In this document: positions 1 to 8,824 of the stretch, one piece after another
How positions within the stretch are numbered: the first letter of the stretch is position 1
How the letters are laid out: every line of letters starts with the position of its first letter
Virus record (IMG/VR): IMGVR_UViG_3300022602_002120
Location: 1 to 64,000 of that record
Length of the DNA: 64,000 nt
Strand: one strand, 5' to 3'
DNA from: a virus
Translations under genes and position numbers: made by a program
Notes under the pieces: model-generated
Seen by the model: only the letters and a program-made list of their open reading frames with translations
Databases searched by the model: none
Told to the model about the DNA's origin: nothing

Positions 1-677
1 GCTGAACCTTTACCTACATCACCGTAGCCTGCTACTACCGCTGTCTTACCGGCAATCATAACATCAGTAGCACGTTTAATTGAGTCCACCAGACTTTCAC
101 GGCAACCATACAAGTTATCAAACTTACTTTTAGTTACACTGTCATTAACATTAATAGCACGTAGTTTAAAACTACCGTTGGCAATAGCTTCGTTAATTTT
201 GTGAATACCTGTAGTTGTTTCTTCAGTAACACCGTAGATACCTTCTAGCAGTTCTGGATAGTTAACATGGATATACCAAGTTAGGTCATGTCCGTCATCC
301 AACAACATATTAGGTACCCAACCATCTGGACCTTTAACTGTTTGTTCTAAGCACCACCAGTATTCATCTTCTGTTTCACCTTTCCAAGCAAATACAGGAA
401 TGCCCAAGTCTGCTAATGCGGCCGCGGCATGATCTTGTGTTGAGAAAATGTTACAGCTGGCCCAACGTACTTCTGCACCTAGGGCCACTAGTGTCTGCAC
501 TAATACCGCAGTTTGAATAGTCATATGTAATGACCCTGTGATACGAGCACCTTTAAGTGGTTGACTTGCCTTAAGCTCATCACGAATGGCAATTAAGCCT
601 GGCATTTCTGTTTCTGCGATTGCTATTTCTTTGTGGCCCCATGCGGCTAGGCCAATCTCTGCGACTTTATAATCCAT
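1..677 (-). CDS. ahcY: S-adenosylhomocysteine hydrolase (adenosylhomocysteinase), 5' part; runs off the window edge
   Basis: Not in the ORF track. Manual translation from ATG at 677 gives [27 protein letters not shown]...[11 protein letters not shown]...[16 protein letters not shown]...[10 protein letters not shown]...[43 protein letters not shown], all hallmark AhcY motifs. Confidence 0.97.
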   Translation of the reverse strand, partial: MDYKVAEIGLAAWGHKEIAIAETEMPGLIAIRDELKASQPLKGARITGSLHMTIQTAVLVQTLVALGAEVRWASCNIFSTQDHAAAALADLGIPVFAWKGETEDEYWWCLEQTVKGPDGWVPNMLLDDGHDLTWYIHVNYPELLEGIYGVTEETTTGIHKINEAIANGSFKLRAINVNDSVTKSKFDNLYGCRESLVDSIKRATDVMIAGKTAVVAGYGDVGKGS

Positions 678-880
678 TATTCAGTTACCTGTGCTGGGCC
701 ACGATTAGCTTTTTGTGTTGTTGCTGGATCACTGAACTTACGTGTCTTATTAGCTACATAACTAGCTTGAGCATCGATCATTGCTTTGCGAAAAATACTA
801 CGTGCTACTGGATCTTGAATGTTACCAAGTTTAATTTTGTTCATCTTGCCGAATTTAAATGTTGCGTTAGTTTTAGCCAT
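677..880 (-). CDS. Small basic hypothetical protein (67 aa)
   Basis: In-operon ORF; its TAA overlaps the ahcY ATG (TAATG). Confidence 0.7.
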   Translation of the reverse strand: MAKTNATFKFGKMNKIKLGNIQDPVARSIFRKAMIDAQASYVANKTRKFSDPATTQKANRGPAQVTE

Positions 881-890
881 GCTAATCTCC

Positions 891-1130
891 TTATCGAATT
901 TTGTTTAAATATTCTGCGCCAATTTTACCTTCTGCGATTTCAATTAACGCTGTTACGTTAGCTTTGTTTTCGTATAGTACTTTGACTCCATTACGTTCTT
1001 GGAATACTCGTTGACTAGCAATTTCTCTAGCACGTGCTGCCGCACCTAGAATCATGTGGAATCTGTTTCCACCAAATGCATCTAAGCAACGGTCAATATT
1101 AACTTTTTCTACTGAGTTTTGTGGTTTCAT
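891..1130 (-). CDS. rpoZ: RNA polymerase omega subunit homologue
   Basis: VNIDRCLDAFGGNRFHMILGAAARAREI...KANVTALIEIAEGKI matches the omega pattern (NRFxLVLxAAxRARQ...KxTVxALxEIxxG). Confidence 0.85.
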   Translation of the reverse strand: MKPQNSVEKVNIDRCLDAFGGNRFHMILGAAARAREIASQRVFQERNGVKVLYENKANVTALIEIAEGKIGAEYLNKIR

Positions 1131-1162
1131 TGGAGATCCTATTAAATATACAGTCTTATAGT

Positions 1163-1993
1163 TTAACTAAAATAGTTCAAAGAGTCAATCTTTTTAAGAT
1201 TTTTAAGATAATCTTTTACTTTAATAGCATCAGAGGTAATCATATATTTTAAAGGTCGTGTTAAAAATTTAACTGTATCCATTCTTGACCAATTAATAGC
1301 ATAGAAATTTTCCCAAGTAGTGATTGCAGGCTGTGAAACTGCTGGATAATAGGTCCATCCGTCGGGTTGATTGGTTTTATATATACCCAGAATCTCAAAT
1401 TCGCTCAACCACTTAGGTTCTCCTAATTCTCTTAGATTAGGAATAGCATCGAGCCAACTGCATCCATTACGTTCTTCTATTAATTGTTTTAATCCAATCC
1501 AGTCTGCTTTACTATATGGCATTAACTCGTTTACTAAACTGTAATCTAATACACGTGTTAGTCCCGTAAGTTTTTCAGTCATTTCGGCATAGAGTTCTTG
1601 ATATGGATTCCATAGTTTTTCGGCTTTAAAATTAAGTTTACTATCTACGAAAAAATCAAACTGTTTGAGAGGAACTTGGTCGCAATCTTGTATTAAGAAA
1701 TAATCACTGTCAAAATGATCAAGTGCGCAAAATTTAAGTGCTTGTTGATAATACCAATGGTTATGTTTATAACGACTTAGATCGTAATGTTCTTCAAAAT
1801 AAAGATCATCTAATAATTTATATACAGAACTATCTAGTCCAAATTCTGCAAATACACTGTCTATTTTATGTTGTGGATAAGGGCTAATGATATATGTTAC
1901 GTCAGGTCTAGGATTCAATCTATCATCAAAACTTAAGGTAACAGCAGCTTCGTTGATCCTGCCAGGACCAATGAGTAAAATACGTGTTATCAT
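1163..1993 (-). CDS. Hypothetical protein, possibly glycosyltransferase-like (DUF6492-like)
   Basis: WYYQQALKF, a DxD motif in YFLIQDCDQV and SEFEILG resemble GT-A-like phage proteins. Confidence 0.5.
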   Translation of the reverse strand: MITRILLIGPGRINEAAVTLSFDDRLNPRPDVTYIISPYPQHKIDSVFAEFGLDSSVYKLLDDLYFEEHYDLSRYKHNHWYYQQALKFCALDHFDSDYFLIQDCDQVPLKQFDFFVDSKLNFKAEKLWNPYQELYAEMTEKLTGLTRVLDYSLVNELMPYSKADWIGLKQLIEERNGCSWLDAIPNLRELGEPKWLSEFEILGIYKTNQPDGWTYYPAVSQPAITTWENFYAINWSRMDTVKFLTRPLKYMITSDAIKVKDYLKNLKKIDSLNYFS

Positions 1994-1994
1994 T

Positions 1995-2465
1995 TTATCC
2001 TTTCGATTGTATAGCTACTAAATCAACTAATCCCCAGGTAATACTCATCCCCGGGCTGATATCCGGAACCGAGCACCAACTATTAAATTTAGGATCATCT
2101 ACATGGGGATTGAAAATAGTTACGTATGGTTGCCCGCCAAATCGTAGTGGTTTTCCTTTTACTGCCTGTTGCCAATTCAATGGTAAATGCACATTGTCTA
2201 AATAAAATTCAACCATATAAGTTTGAATAGGTCCAATTGATTCCGGACTGTTTGCTACAGTTAATGTTAAATTTGTTACACCATCCCATGTATCGGTTAA
2301 TATTTCAATTTGATCAGGAATAACTTTAGTTGGATCTTGATTAAATTGTGCCGTAACAGGTACATTTTCTGCTAATTTTTCAGCACTTAGTGATACATTT
2401 GTCCAAGCGTTACCTGTTAGCGGACTACCTTTACTTACATTGATTATAATTTTTAATTGAGGCAT
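1995..2465 (-). CDS. Hypothetical protein (156 aa)
   Basis: Tightly packed in-operon ORF. Confidence 0.7.
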   Translation of the reverse strand: MPQLKIIINVSKGSPLTGNAWTNVSLSAEKLAENVPVTAQFNQDPTKVIPDQIEILTDTWDGVTNLTLTVANSPESIGPIQTYMVEFYLDNVHLPLNWQQAVKGKPLRFGGQPYVTIFNPHVDDPKFNSWCSVPDISPGMSITWGLVDLVAIQSKG

Positions 2466-2476
2466 AGTTAGAACCT

Positions 2477-3838
2477 TTATTTGAAATAGAAAGCTAATTT
2501 ACCGCCGATGCGCGAACTGTAGTAATTCTTACCACCGTCCATTAGTACACGACCTTCAAAGTTTGGCGGATATACAGCAGTAAATCCTTGTAATACAGCA
2601 TCTTCTCCCTTCTTGGCCATCTTAGTATAAATTTGAATAATACTTGATTGATTTAATAGTGCAAGTGCTCCTTGACTAAATTCTTCACTCATGTTTACTT
2701 CGTTGGCTACCGTTTTTGCCACAGCGGCCATAATAGAGTAGCCTGTGTTAAATCCAACTACTTCAGCCTTAACTTTGTAGGGTGATAAAATTGCTTTGGC
2801 ATTTTTACTTAGTCCATCAAAATCAGTTTTGCCTGAATTAATATAATAGTCAACTTCTTGCAGTAGATATTGATCAATACCAGGTATACCTAGCTCAATG
2901 CCCAACATAAACGGACCTTCTTTAGCTGATTCACGAGCGATAATACTTACTACATGAATAGCATACTTGGCTGTTTCTAATAGTTCAGTGTTGCCTTCTT
3001 TCTGTGCTTTTACATAAGCATCGTATAGGTTTTTAGCACTGGCTTTAGCACCACTACCACCTTTACTACTAATACCAATCTGTTGTCCATTTGGTGCTGT
3101 TAAGAAACTATCGCACAAGGCAGCATTCATTGCCATTGGAAACTGTACCTTACATTTGCTCCAAGGTGCGCCTCCTGCTAATATTTGTCTAGCTTCTTCT
3201 GCTTGACCAGTAATAACTCCGCCAGCTAAGGCCACTGGTTGCATGATCTCACCAAAATAATCGCGCACAGCTTCCATTTGATGTGCCATACCCGGAAATA
3301 TAACTGCGCCATTACCTTGTGCTAGTGCTGTAAGATTTTGTGCAAATACATCTTTAACTGGATCTGGACTATTTGCTACTACTGTTTGAATAACTTGATT
3401 TACGTTATTAAACACGTTTTCTGTTTTAATAAGATTTTGTGGATCGAAACCTGCTTGTAGTTTTTGTGCACCTTTGGTAGCAAGTTTCCAGCCCGGTGGT
3501 ACTTGTTTGTTACCCCACACGCCCATCATGTCGTGTTTAGTGGCTTGTAGGTAACGACCCCAAAACACACGACCGCCATCTTCGTCATCTAGTTCAGCAA
3601 CGGCAAATGCACTACCACTGGGTGCATTAGTCCATTCAATTTGAGTGTTGTATTCTTTTTCTAATTGCGCAATTGCTTGATCACGTTCTTGCGGACTAGC
3701 ATATTTGCCTTGTTCTGCGCTAGGAAATCCAGTTGCTGAAACAAATTTAAATTCTTTTCCGTCTGCATTAACAAACGCATCGCCGGGAAGGCGTCCAAAT
3801 ATACCTTTGGCTTCAAAAACTAAATCATAAAATCTCAT
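2477..3838 (-). CDS. Hypothetical late protein (453 aa), possible internal head protein with a PD-(D/E)xK-like motif
   Basis: Late promoter at 3860-3865; N-terminus MRFYDLVFEA; LCDSFL...ISSK motif. Confidence 0.6.
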   Translation of the reverse strand: MRFYDLVFEAKGIFGRLPGDAFVNADGKEFKFVSATGFPSAEQGKYASPQERDQAIAQLEKEYNTQIEWTNAPSGSAFAVAELDDEDGGRVFWGRYLQATKHDMMGVWGNKQVPPGWKLATKGAQKLQAGFDPQNLIKTENVFNNVNQVIQTVVANSPDPVKDVFAQNLTALAQGNGAVIFPGMAHQMEAVRDYFGEIMQPVALAGGVITGQAEEARQILAGGAPWSKCKVQFPMAMNAALCDSFLTAPNGQQIGISSKGGSGAKASAKNLYDAYVKAQKEGNTELLETAKYAIHVVSIIARESAKEGPFMLGIELGIPGIDQYLLQEVDYYINSGKTDFDGLSKNAKAILSPYKVKAEVVGFNTGYSIMAAVAKTVANEVNMSEEFSQGALALLNQSSIIQIYTKMAKKGEDAVLQGFTAVYPPNFEGRVLMDGGKNYYSSRIGGKLAFYFK

Positions 3839-3862
3839 ATCTACACCTTATTATTAGTGTAT

Positions 3863-4603
3863 TTATCGACGTTCAATGTCGTCTTCAGTACAACGTGCGC
3901 CATATTGTATCTCAACGATACGACAAGGTTCACTGTATGGATTACTAAGTTGATGCCATTCACTAGGATGTATGTAAAAATAATCGTGTCGTGATAAGTT
4001 CGATGTACGGTTAAGATCGGCTACTTGGCATCGACCTTCTGTTACTAACCAATATTCACTACGATGCTGGTGTTTTTGCATACTTAAGCTCTTACCAGGG
4101 TTGATAGTCAACTCTTTAACTTTGGCACCAGAAACGTCATGTAATACACGATAATAGCCCCAATCTCGTTCAGTTTTAGGTGATTTCCACTCCTCTAGAA
4201 TCCAACTACTACTATTGAGCTTATCTTCTCCACCAACCCCAAACGCAAACTCTACATCTGGTTCTGTCATCTCTGGAATATTATCTTTTGTACGATCACC
4301 ACCATTGGCAAATATGATATGGCTATTAGGATACATCATTTTAACATTGCGGATAGCCTCGCGGCTACTACCGTCATCGTCATTAAACAATATGCAGTGG
4401 CTAACCATTTTAAGATTTTGTAAGATGTTAATACGTTCTGTACTAGGCATGAACGCACGACCTTTTTTACGAGTAAGCCAAGCATCGCTGTTAACCCCAA
4501 CTACCAGCATGTCGCCTAATGCTCTCGCGGCTTTAAAATAATTAATATGCCCGCTATGTAGGGGATCAAATCCCCCTGTTACTAACACAACACGATTAAC
4601 CAT
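3863..4603 (-). CDS. Cytidylyltransferase-family (HIGH-like) domain fused to a cupin (mannose-6-phosphate isomerase type II C-terminal-like)
   Basis: TGGFDPLHSGH, VGVNSDAWLTRKKGR and FANGGDR in the N-terminal half; KTERDWGYYRVL, SMQKHQHRSEYW and EIQYG..C.EDDIER in the C-terminal half. Confidence 0.9.
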   Translation of the reverse strand: MVNRVVLVTGGFDPLHSGHINYFKAARALGDMLVVGVNSDAWLTRKKGRAFMPSTERINILQNLKMVSHCILFNDDDGSSREAIRNVKMMYPNSHIIFANGGDRTKDNIPEMTEPDVEFAFGVGGEDKLNSSSWILEEWKSPKTERDWGYYRVLHDVSGAKVKELTINPGKSLSMQKHQHRSEYWLVTEGRCQVADLNRTSNLSRHDYFYIHPSEWHQLSNPYSEPCRIVEIQYGARCTEDDIERR

Positions 4604-5513
4604 TTTTATAACTCTTTCTTGTAGGTGGTTTGCTTTTTATCGGCACTGGTTTGAATGTTTCTGTTTTAACTTCTATAGCCTTAGGTTGTTCTATAGTTTG
4701 GATATCTGATTTAATCACTTCGCCGGGTAATACTCCTGTTATTTCTGTTGCTGGGGGTATTTCCATTTGTTGGCTAATATAATCAATAAAATATAGTTCT
4801 TTATCCAACCATGGCATTATTATTTCTTCTTGTTTTAAATATCCATTAGAATTCAAGCTATCCACTATGCTAGGATGCAGTAAATTTTTATCTATTAGGT
4901 CAAACCAAGTAGTTGTCTGTGGATCCATTGGCAAAATATCTGTTTTATATACAGCAATTTGTGTCCACGGATCTTGAAAACGTTTTAATAGATAAGCATC
5001 ACGACAATCAAATCCATTGACGGCTAACATGTATATTAACATAATAGGAGTGTAGTGATAATAACATCCATTATATCCTCTACTAATTTGTCTACCATGC
5101 TCAATGCCAGTATGTTGTGGTACACTTAATGCCAACATGCCATTTACATTCATGTGGCTATTCCATATTTTTAAGGTATGTAATGGATTAGTACTATATT
5201 GTAGACTATCGTGTGCCCATATAAAATCCACTGGTACAGGAAATAAAATCTCACTGTCGTAACTACTGTTTATTTTATGTATATTTTTAAGATCGGGGAT
5301 CTGTGCTAATTTTCCAGCATCAATATCTACAGCAAAACAATTAAAATTATATGGTTCAGGTGGATCATTATTATTCATTAGAGTTGCCCACCAAGTAATA
5401 TCCTTACCGATGCCGCAGCCCATATCAGCAATATGACGTATACTCTCTAAAAAAACATCGTATTGTTGAATTAAATTAAGTATACTTAAACTATGCCTAT
5501 CCAATTGTAGCAT
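4596..5513 (-). CDS. Class I SAM-dependent methyltransferase
   Basis: Motif I IADMGCGIG, acidic motif II FAVDID, DFIWAHDSLQY. Confidence 0.8.
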   Translation of the reverse strand: MLQLDRHSLSILNLIQQYDVFLESIRHIADMGCGIGKDITWWATLMNNNDPPEPYNFNCFAVDIDAGKLAQIPDLKNIHKINSSYDSEILFPVPVDFIWAHDSLQYSTNPLHTLKIWNSHMNVNGMLALSVPQHTGIEHGRQISRGYNGCYYHYTPIMLIYMLAVNGFDCRDAYLLKRFQDPWTQIAVYKTDILPMDPQTTTWFDLIDKNLLHPSIVDSLNSNGYLKQEEIIMPWLDKELYFIDYISQQMEIPPATEITGVLPGEVIKSDIQTIEQPKAIEVKTETFKPVPIKSKPPTRKSYKNG

Positions 5514-5952
5514 CCTCCATGCCTGCTGTGCGTAGACGTGTAATATGCCCTAGCATAAAGTTTTTACTTTCTAAGCCTTTCATAATACCTAGCCATTTGT
5601 TACGCAACAATGCTACTTCGTTAATGATAGTTTCCATGTCAATAACTTCATCTTCTGCTTCTGCGTATTTTTCAGCGTCGCGACTAGTTAAAGCACGACC
5701 ATATGCTTCAAGATATTTTTTGTAATGAGTTTGGCGAATTTTACGTAGCTGTATATTAAGATAGTTGAGAATAGCTTCAATCTCCTGCAATTGATTAAAG
5801 CGTTGTTCTGTAATACCGGGTAAATTGGCTAGATTTTTTTCTATATTACCATGAGTGCCAACTTCTTTTTTGGCCTGTGCTAGTTCATTTTCATAATAAG
5901 TTATGAAATCCGGAATATTACCTAAATTAGCTACTACCTTGTTATACCACAT
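5497..5952 (-). CDS. uvsY: Recombination mediator UvsY
   Basis: KYLEAYGRALTSRDAEKYAEAEDEV...GLESKNFMLGHITRLRTAGMED pattern; close to uvsX. Confidence 0.85.
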   Translation of the reverse strand: MWYNKVVANLGNIPDFITYYENELAQAKKEVGTHGNIEKNLANLPGITEQRFNQLQEIEAILNYLNIQLRKIRQTHYKKYLEAYGRALTSRDAEKYAEAEDEVIDMETIINEVALLRNKWLGIMKGLESKNFMLGHITRLRTAGMEDATIG

Positions 5953-7189
5953 ATTTTTCTAACCATGGGAATAAAACTTTCCAATTTGTATTTCTTCTAC
6001 GATCTAATTCATCTAAATACGTTAACAATTTCAATACTTCTTCTTTATTATATATTGATTTTTCGATCGTTGCAACTATACCTTCCATATATGTTTTTGC
6101 ATGGCCACCACGCCAGGTGTCGGTTTCCATTAAATTTAAAATTTTTAAAAAATCTTCCTTAAATTCATCTGGGCCTAAAATGGCAGGATGCAGATAACTT
6201 GGATATCCTATAAGAGCAAAATAATGTTCTATCTTTCGATCTTTTGTCCAATTATTAATTCGTTCTATTAAATCTGGTAAAGTCTTTATAGTTAAAATCG
6301 AAATTGTATTATTAACATTTAATTTAATCCATCGTTGGCTGATTAAATATTCAAAATTTTCTTGCCATTTGTCTAATTCAATCCCGAATCGAACAAATTC
6401 TTGTTCAGGTCCCCAGCAATCAATACTACATGTTATTTCTAATGTTTTTAATTTTCTAAGTTTTAATAAGTTTTTAAATCTATCAATATAATTAATTAAT
6501 TTAGATTTTGAAATTACTAGATTAGTTACAATATTAAATTCTAAATTAGGACAGGGATTATTTTCAAAAAATTCTATAAAAGTATCAAACTGCTTTTGAT
6601 AAAATGGTTCACCACCCAACAACTGTAGTCTTACTAATGTATGTGCATTACCTTTTAACCATAGCCAAAACTGTTCTTGAATTTCTTCATAATTGCTAAC
6701 TCTATGATGTTTTGTTTCTAAAATTAACCCGTTTTTATTAAAAGGTCCAAACTTTATCATCTCATTATGAATTTTAGAACTTAATTCAGGAATACAATAT
6801 ACACAACTTAGATTACACACATTATCAATATATACTTCTAATATTGTAGGCGAAACTGAAGTTGCAGATGGATTAATTTCAAGTTCATTTGGTGATAAAT
6901 TGGGCACATGTGAAAAGAATTGCCTATCACTTTGACCTATTCCAGTATTCTCTATATTTTCACAATATTCACACCCTGCCTTAGGCCACTTACCTTGCAG
7001 CATTGTTTCACGTTGTTGAATTTTTTCGGGTGTATTGTGAAAATTAAAGGTATTAATGTCAAACGGATGATCTTTAACCCTGTGACAACTAGAAGTTATT
7101 CCATAATGTAGAGTAACTTTTGAAAATGCCCATTTTAACTGACATGCTGTTTCTGTCTTAATTGGGAAAAACTTTTCAGACACGATCAA
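5942..7189 (-). CDS. Radical SAM protein
   Basis: CNLSCVYC (CxxxCxxC), LLGGEPF and SIDC...RFG; extra N-terminal Cys cluster. Confidence 0.9.
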   Translation of the reverse strand: MIVSEKFFPIKTETACQLKWAFSKVTLHYGITSSCHRVKDHPFDINTFNFHNTPEKIQQRETMLQGKWPKAGCEYCENIENTGIGQSDRQFFSHVPNLSPNELEINPSATSVSPTILEVYIDNVCNLSCVYCIPELSSKIHNEMIKFGPFNKNGLILETKHHRVSNYEEIQEQFWLWLKGNAHTLVRLQLLGGEPFYQKQFDTFIEFFENNPCPNLEFNIVTNLVISKSKLINYIDRFKNLLKLRKLKTLEITCSIDCWGPEQEFVRFGIELDKWQENFEYLISQRWIKLNVNNTISILTIKTLPDLIERINNWTKDRKIEHYFALIGYPSYLHPAILGPDEFKEDFLKILNLMETDTWRGGHAKTYMEGIVATIEKSIYNKEEVLKLLTYLDELDRRRNTNWKVLFPWLEKYVV

Positions 7190-7428
7190 TAATCTTCGTC
7201 TTCTTCGTCATCGTAGTCGGCTTCTTCAACTGTTTCGCCTAGATATTCTTCAACAGCACGTTTAAGATAGCTATCAGTACCACCCACAGCAATAAGATCG
7301 CGCTCTAAAATATTATGATCAGCTACCACGCTGATCAAATGATCAGCGGCAGCTTGACGATCTTTCGGATTGATATACTCTTTACAAGTTAACCAAACTT
7401 CTCCTACTACATCGATTTCAATGCTCAT
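7186..7428 (-). CDS. Hypothetical protein (80 aa, acidic tail)
   Basis: In-operon ORF with overlapping junctions. Confidence 0.75.
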   Translation of the reverse strand: MSIEIDVVGEVWLTCKEYINPKDRQAAADHLISVVADHNILERDLIAVGGTDSYLKRAVEEYLGETVEEADYDDEEDEDY

Positions 7429-7676
7429 TTTTCTCTTACTCCAACAGAAATAACTTCTGCCTGTGCTGGCAATACTAAAAATTCAACGTTATTAGGAATA
7501 ATCATTACCTTGTTGTTTGGTAACAAATATTTAACCTGACGCCCAAGTTCTTCCGCTAACGGCATAGTATATGAACTATCTGTGCGGACAATTACAATAT
7601 CGTCCGGTTTAATGTTCATTAATGTTGTTTCTGGTAAGCCTAATGCGTTATCTTCTAAAAATTTATTCATTTTCAT
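7425..7676 (-). CDS. Hypothetical protein (83 aa)
   Basis: In-operon ORF overlapping the end of uvsX. Confidence 0.7.
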   Translation of the reverse strand: MKMNKFLEDNALGLPETTLMNIKPDDIVIVRTDSSYTMPLAEELGRQVKYLLPNNKVMIIPNNVEFLVLPAQAEVISVGVREK

Positions 7677-8772
7677 TTCCTTCTAATTGTGCTGTGTTAT
7701 CAGACAATTCTTCATCTGAGACTTCGGCAGTTTCAGTACTTAGCAAAGGGTTAACGTTACTTGAAATTTCAGCCATAACTTTGTCTAAGCATTCATCTTC
7801 GTTACGTTCCCATGCCTTGCGGAATTTCTTAATAACTGTGCCGTTAACAAGTTTGTAAACTAAACTGTTACCTTCTTTAGTTAGTAAGTTTTTACTTTCT
7901 AACATATCTACCATACCTGAGTAAGGACTCATACCAGTTTCATATGGAATCTCTACTTGTACTGACTCAAACGGTTTAGCATATCTGGTCTTCATAATCT
8001 TACAAGCAGCACGGATACCGTTTACTGTTGAAGTTTTATTACCATCAGCGTCTGTTTTAAGTTTAAGTTTACGCATAGCTACAACGATACTTGATGCGTA
8101 GATAAAGCCTTGACCACCTGAAATCTTATCATCTGGGTCAAACATATCTTGACTTGCGTAGGTATGGTTAGTTGCTACTAGGCCTAGGTTTAATGTACCA
8201 AACATGTTTACACAGTTACGTACAAGTGCTGTAAGTGCTTTAGGTTTACGCCCCATGTCACCTTTCATTTCACCTGCTTCAAACTGGTTAACGTCTGTTG
8301 GAGTTAGCATCATACCCAAGCTGTCTAGAACAAACAATACTTTAGGACGATCTGCTTCATCTAAGGTGCGATACTCTTTAACGAAATCACTGATAACCTT
8401 GGCTACATCGTCAATCATAGCCATGTTCAGTTTTAGCAATTTGTCTTCTGAAGTGTCTACTCCTAACGCATGTAACCAAGCCTCATCAAGCGCATTTTCA
8501 GTATCAATTAAGATTACATAAATGCCCTGCTCTTGTGCGTGACGTACAATGTTACCTGAACAGATAAATGATTTACCTGCTCCTGATTCACCGGCAAACA
8601 CCGTTACTTTACCTAGCGGAATACCTTTGTTAAAGTCACCGCTTAATAGATAGTTTAATGTGTAGTTGCCTGTTGAGATCCAATCAGTTGGATCGTTAAA
8701 GCCAATGCCCATTCCTGGGATAGCTTTTGTAATACTCTTTCTGAATTTACTAATGTCGTATGGTTTTGCCAT
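7663..8772 (-). CDS. uvsX: RecA-like recombinase UvsX
   Basis: Walker A AGESGAGKS, LIDTENALD, VLDSLG, GGQGFIYASS. Confidence 0.95.
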   Translation of the reverse strand: MAKPYDISKFRKSITKAIPGMGIGFNDPTDWISTGNYTLNYLLSGDFNKGIPLGKVTVFAGESGAGKSFICSGNIVRHAQEQGIYVILIDTENALDEAWLHALGVDTSEDKLLKLNMAMIDDVAKVISDFVKEYRTLDEADRPKVLFVLDSLGMMLTPTDVNQFEAGEMKGDMGRKPKALTALVRNCVNMFGTLNLGLVATNHTYASQDMFDPDDKISGGQGFIYASSIVVAMRKLKLKTDADGNKTSTVNGIRAACKIMKTRYAKPFESVQVEIPYETGMSPYSGMVDMLESKNLLTKEGNSLVYKLVNGTVIKKFRKAWERNEDECLDKVMAEISSNVNPLLSTETAEVSDEELSDNTAQLEGNENE

Positions 8773-8797
8773 GTTGAATTATCCTTTGATTGAAATA

Positions 8798-8813
8798 GGG
8801 GGCATTGCGCCCC
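8798..8813 (-). terminator. Intrinsic terminator-like hairpin after gp32
   Basis: GC-rich stem GGGGGC/GCCCCC followed on the minus strand by TATTTC. Confidence 0.6.
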
Positions 8814-8824
8814 CATACGCTATC

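Noticed and set aside
677-890. SAH riboswitch upstream of ahcY
   Set aside because: ahcY is directly coupled to the upstream ORF, leaving no leader, and no SAH-riboswitch motif is visible.
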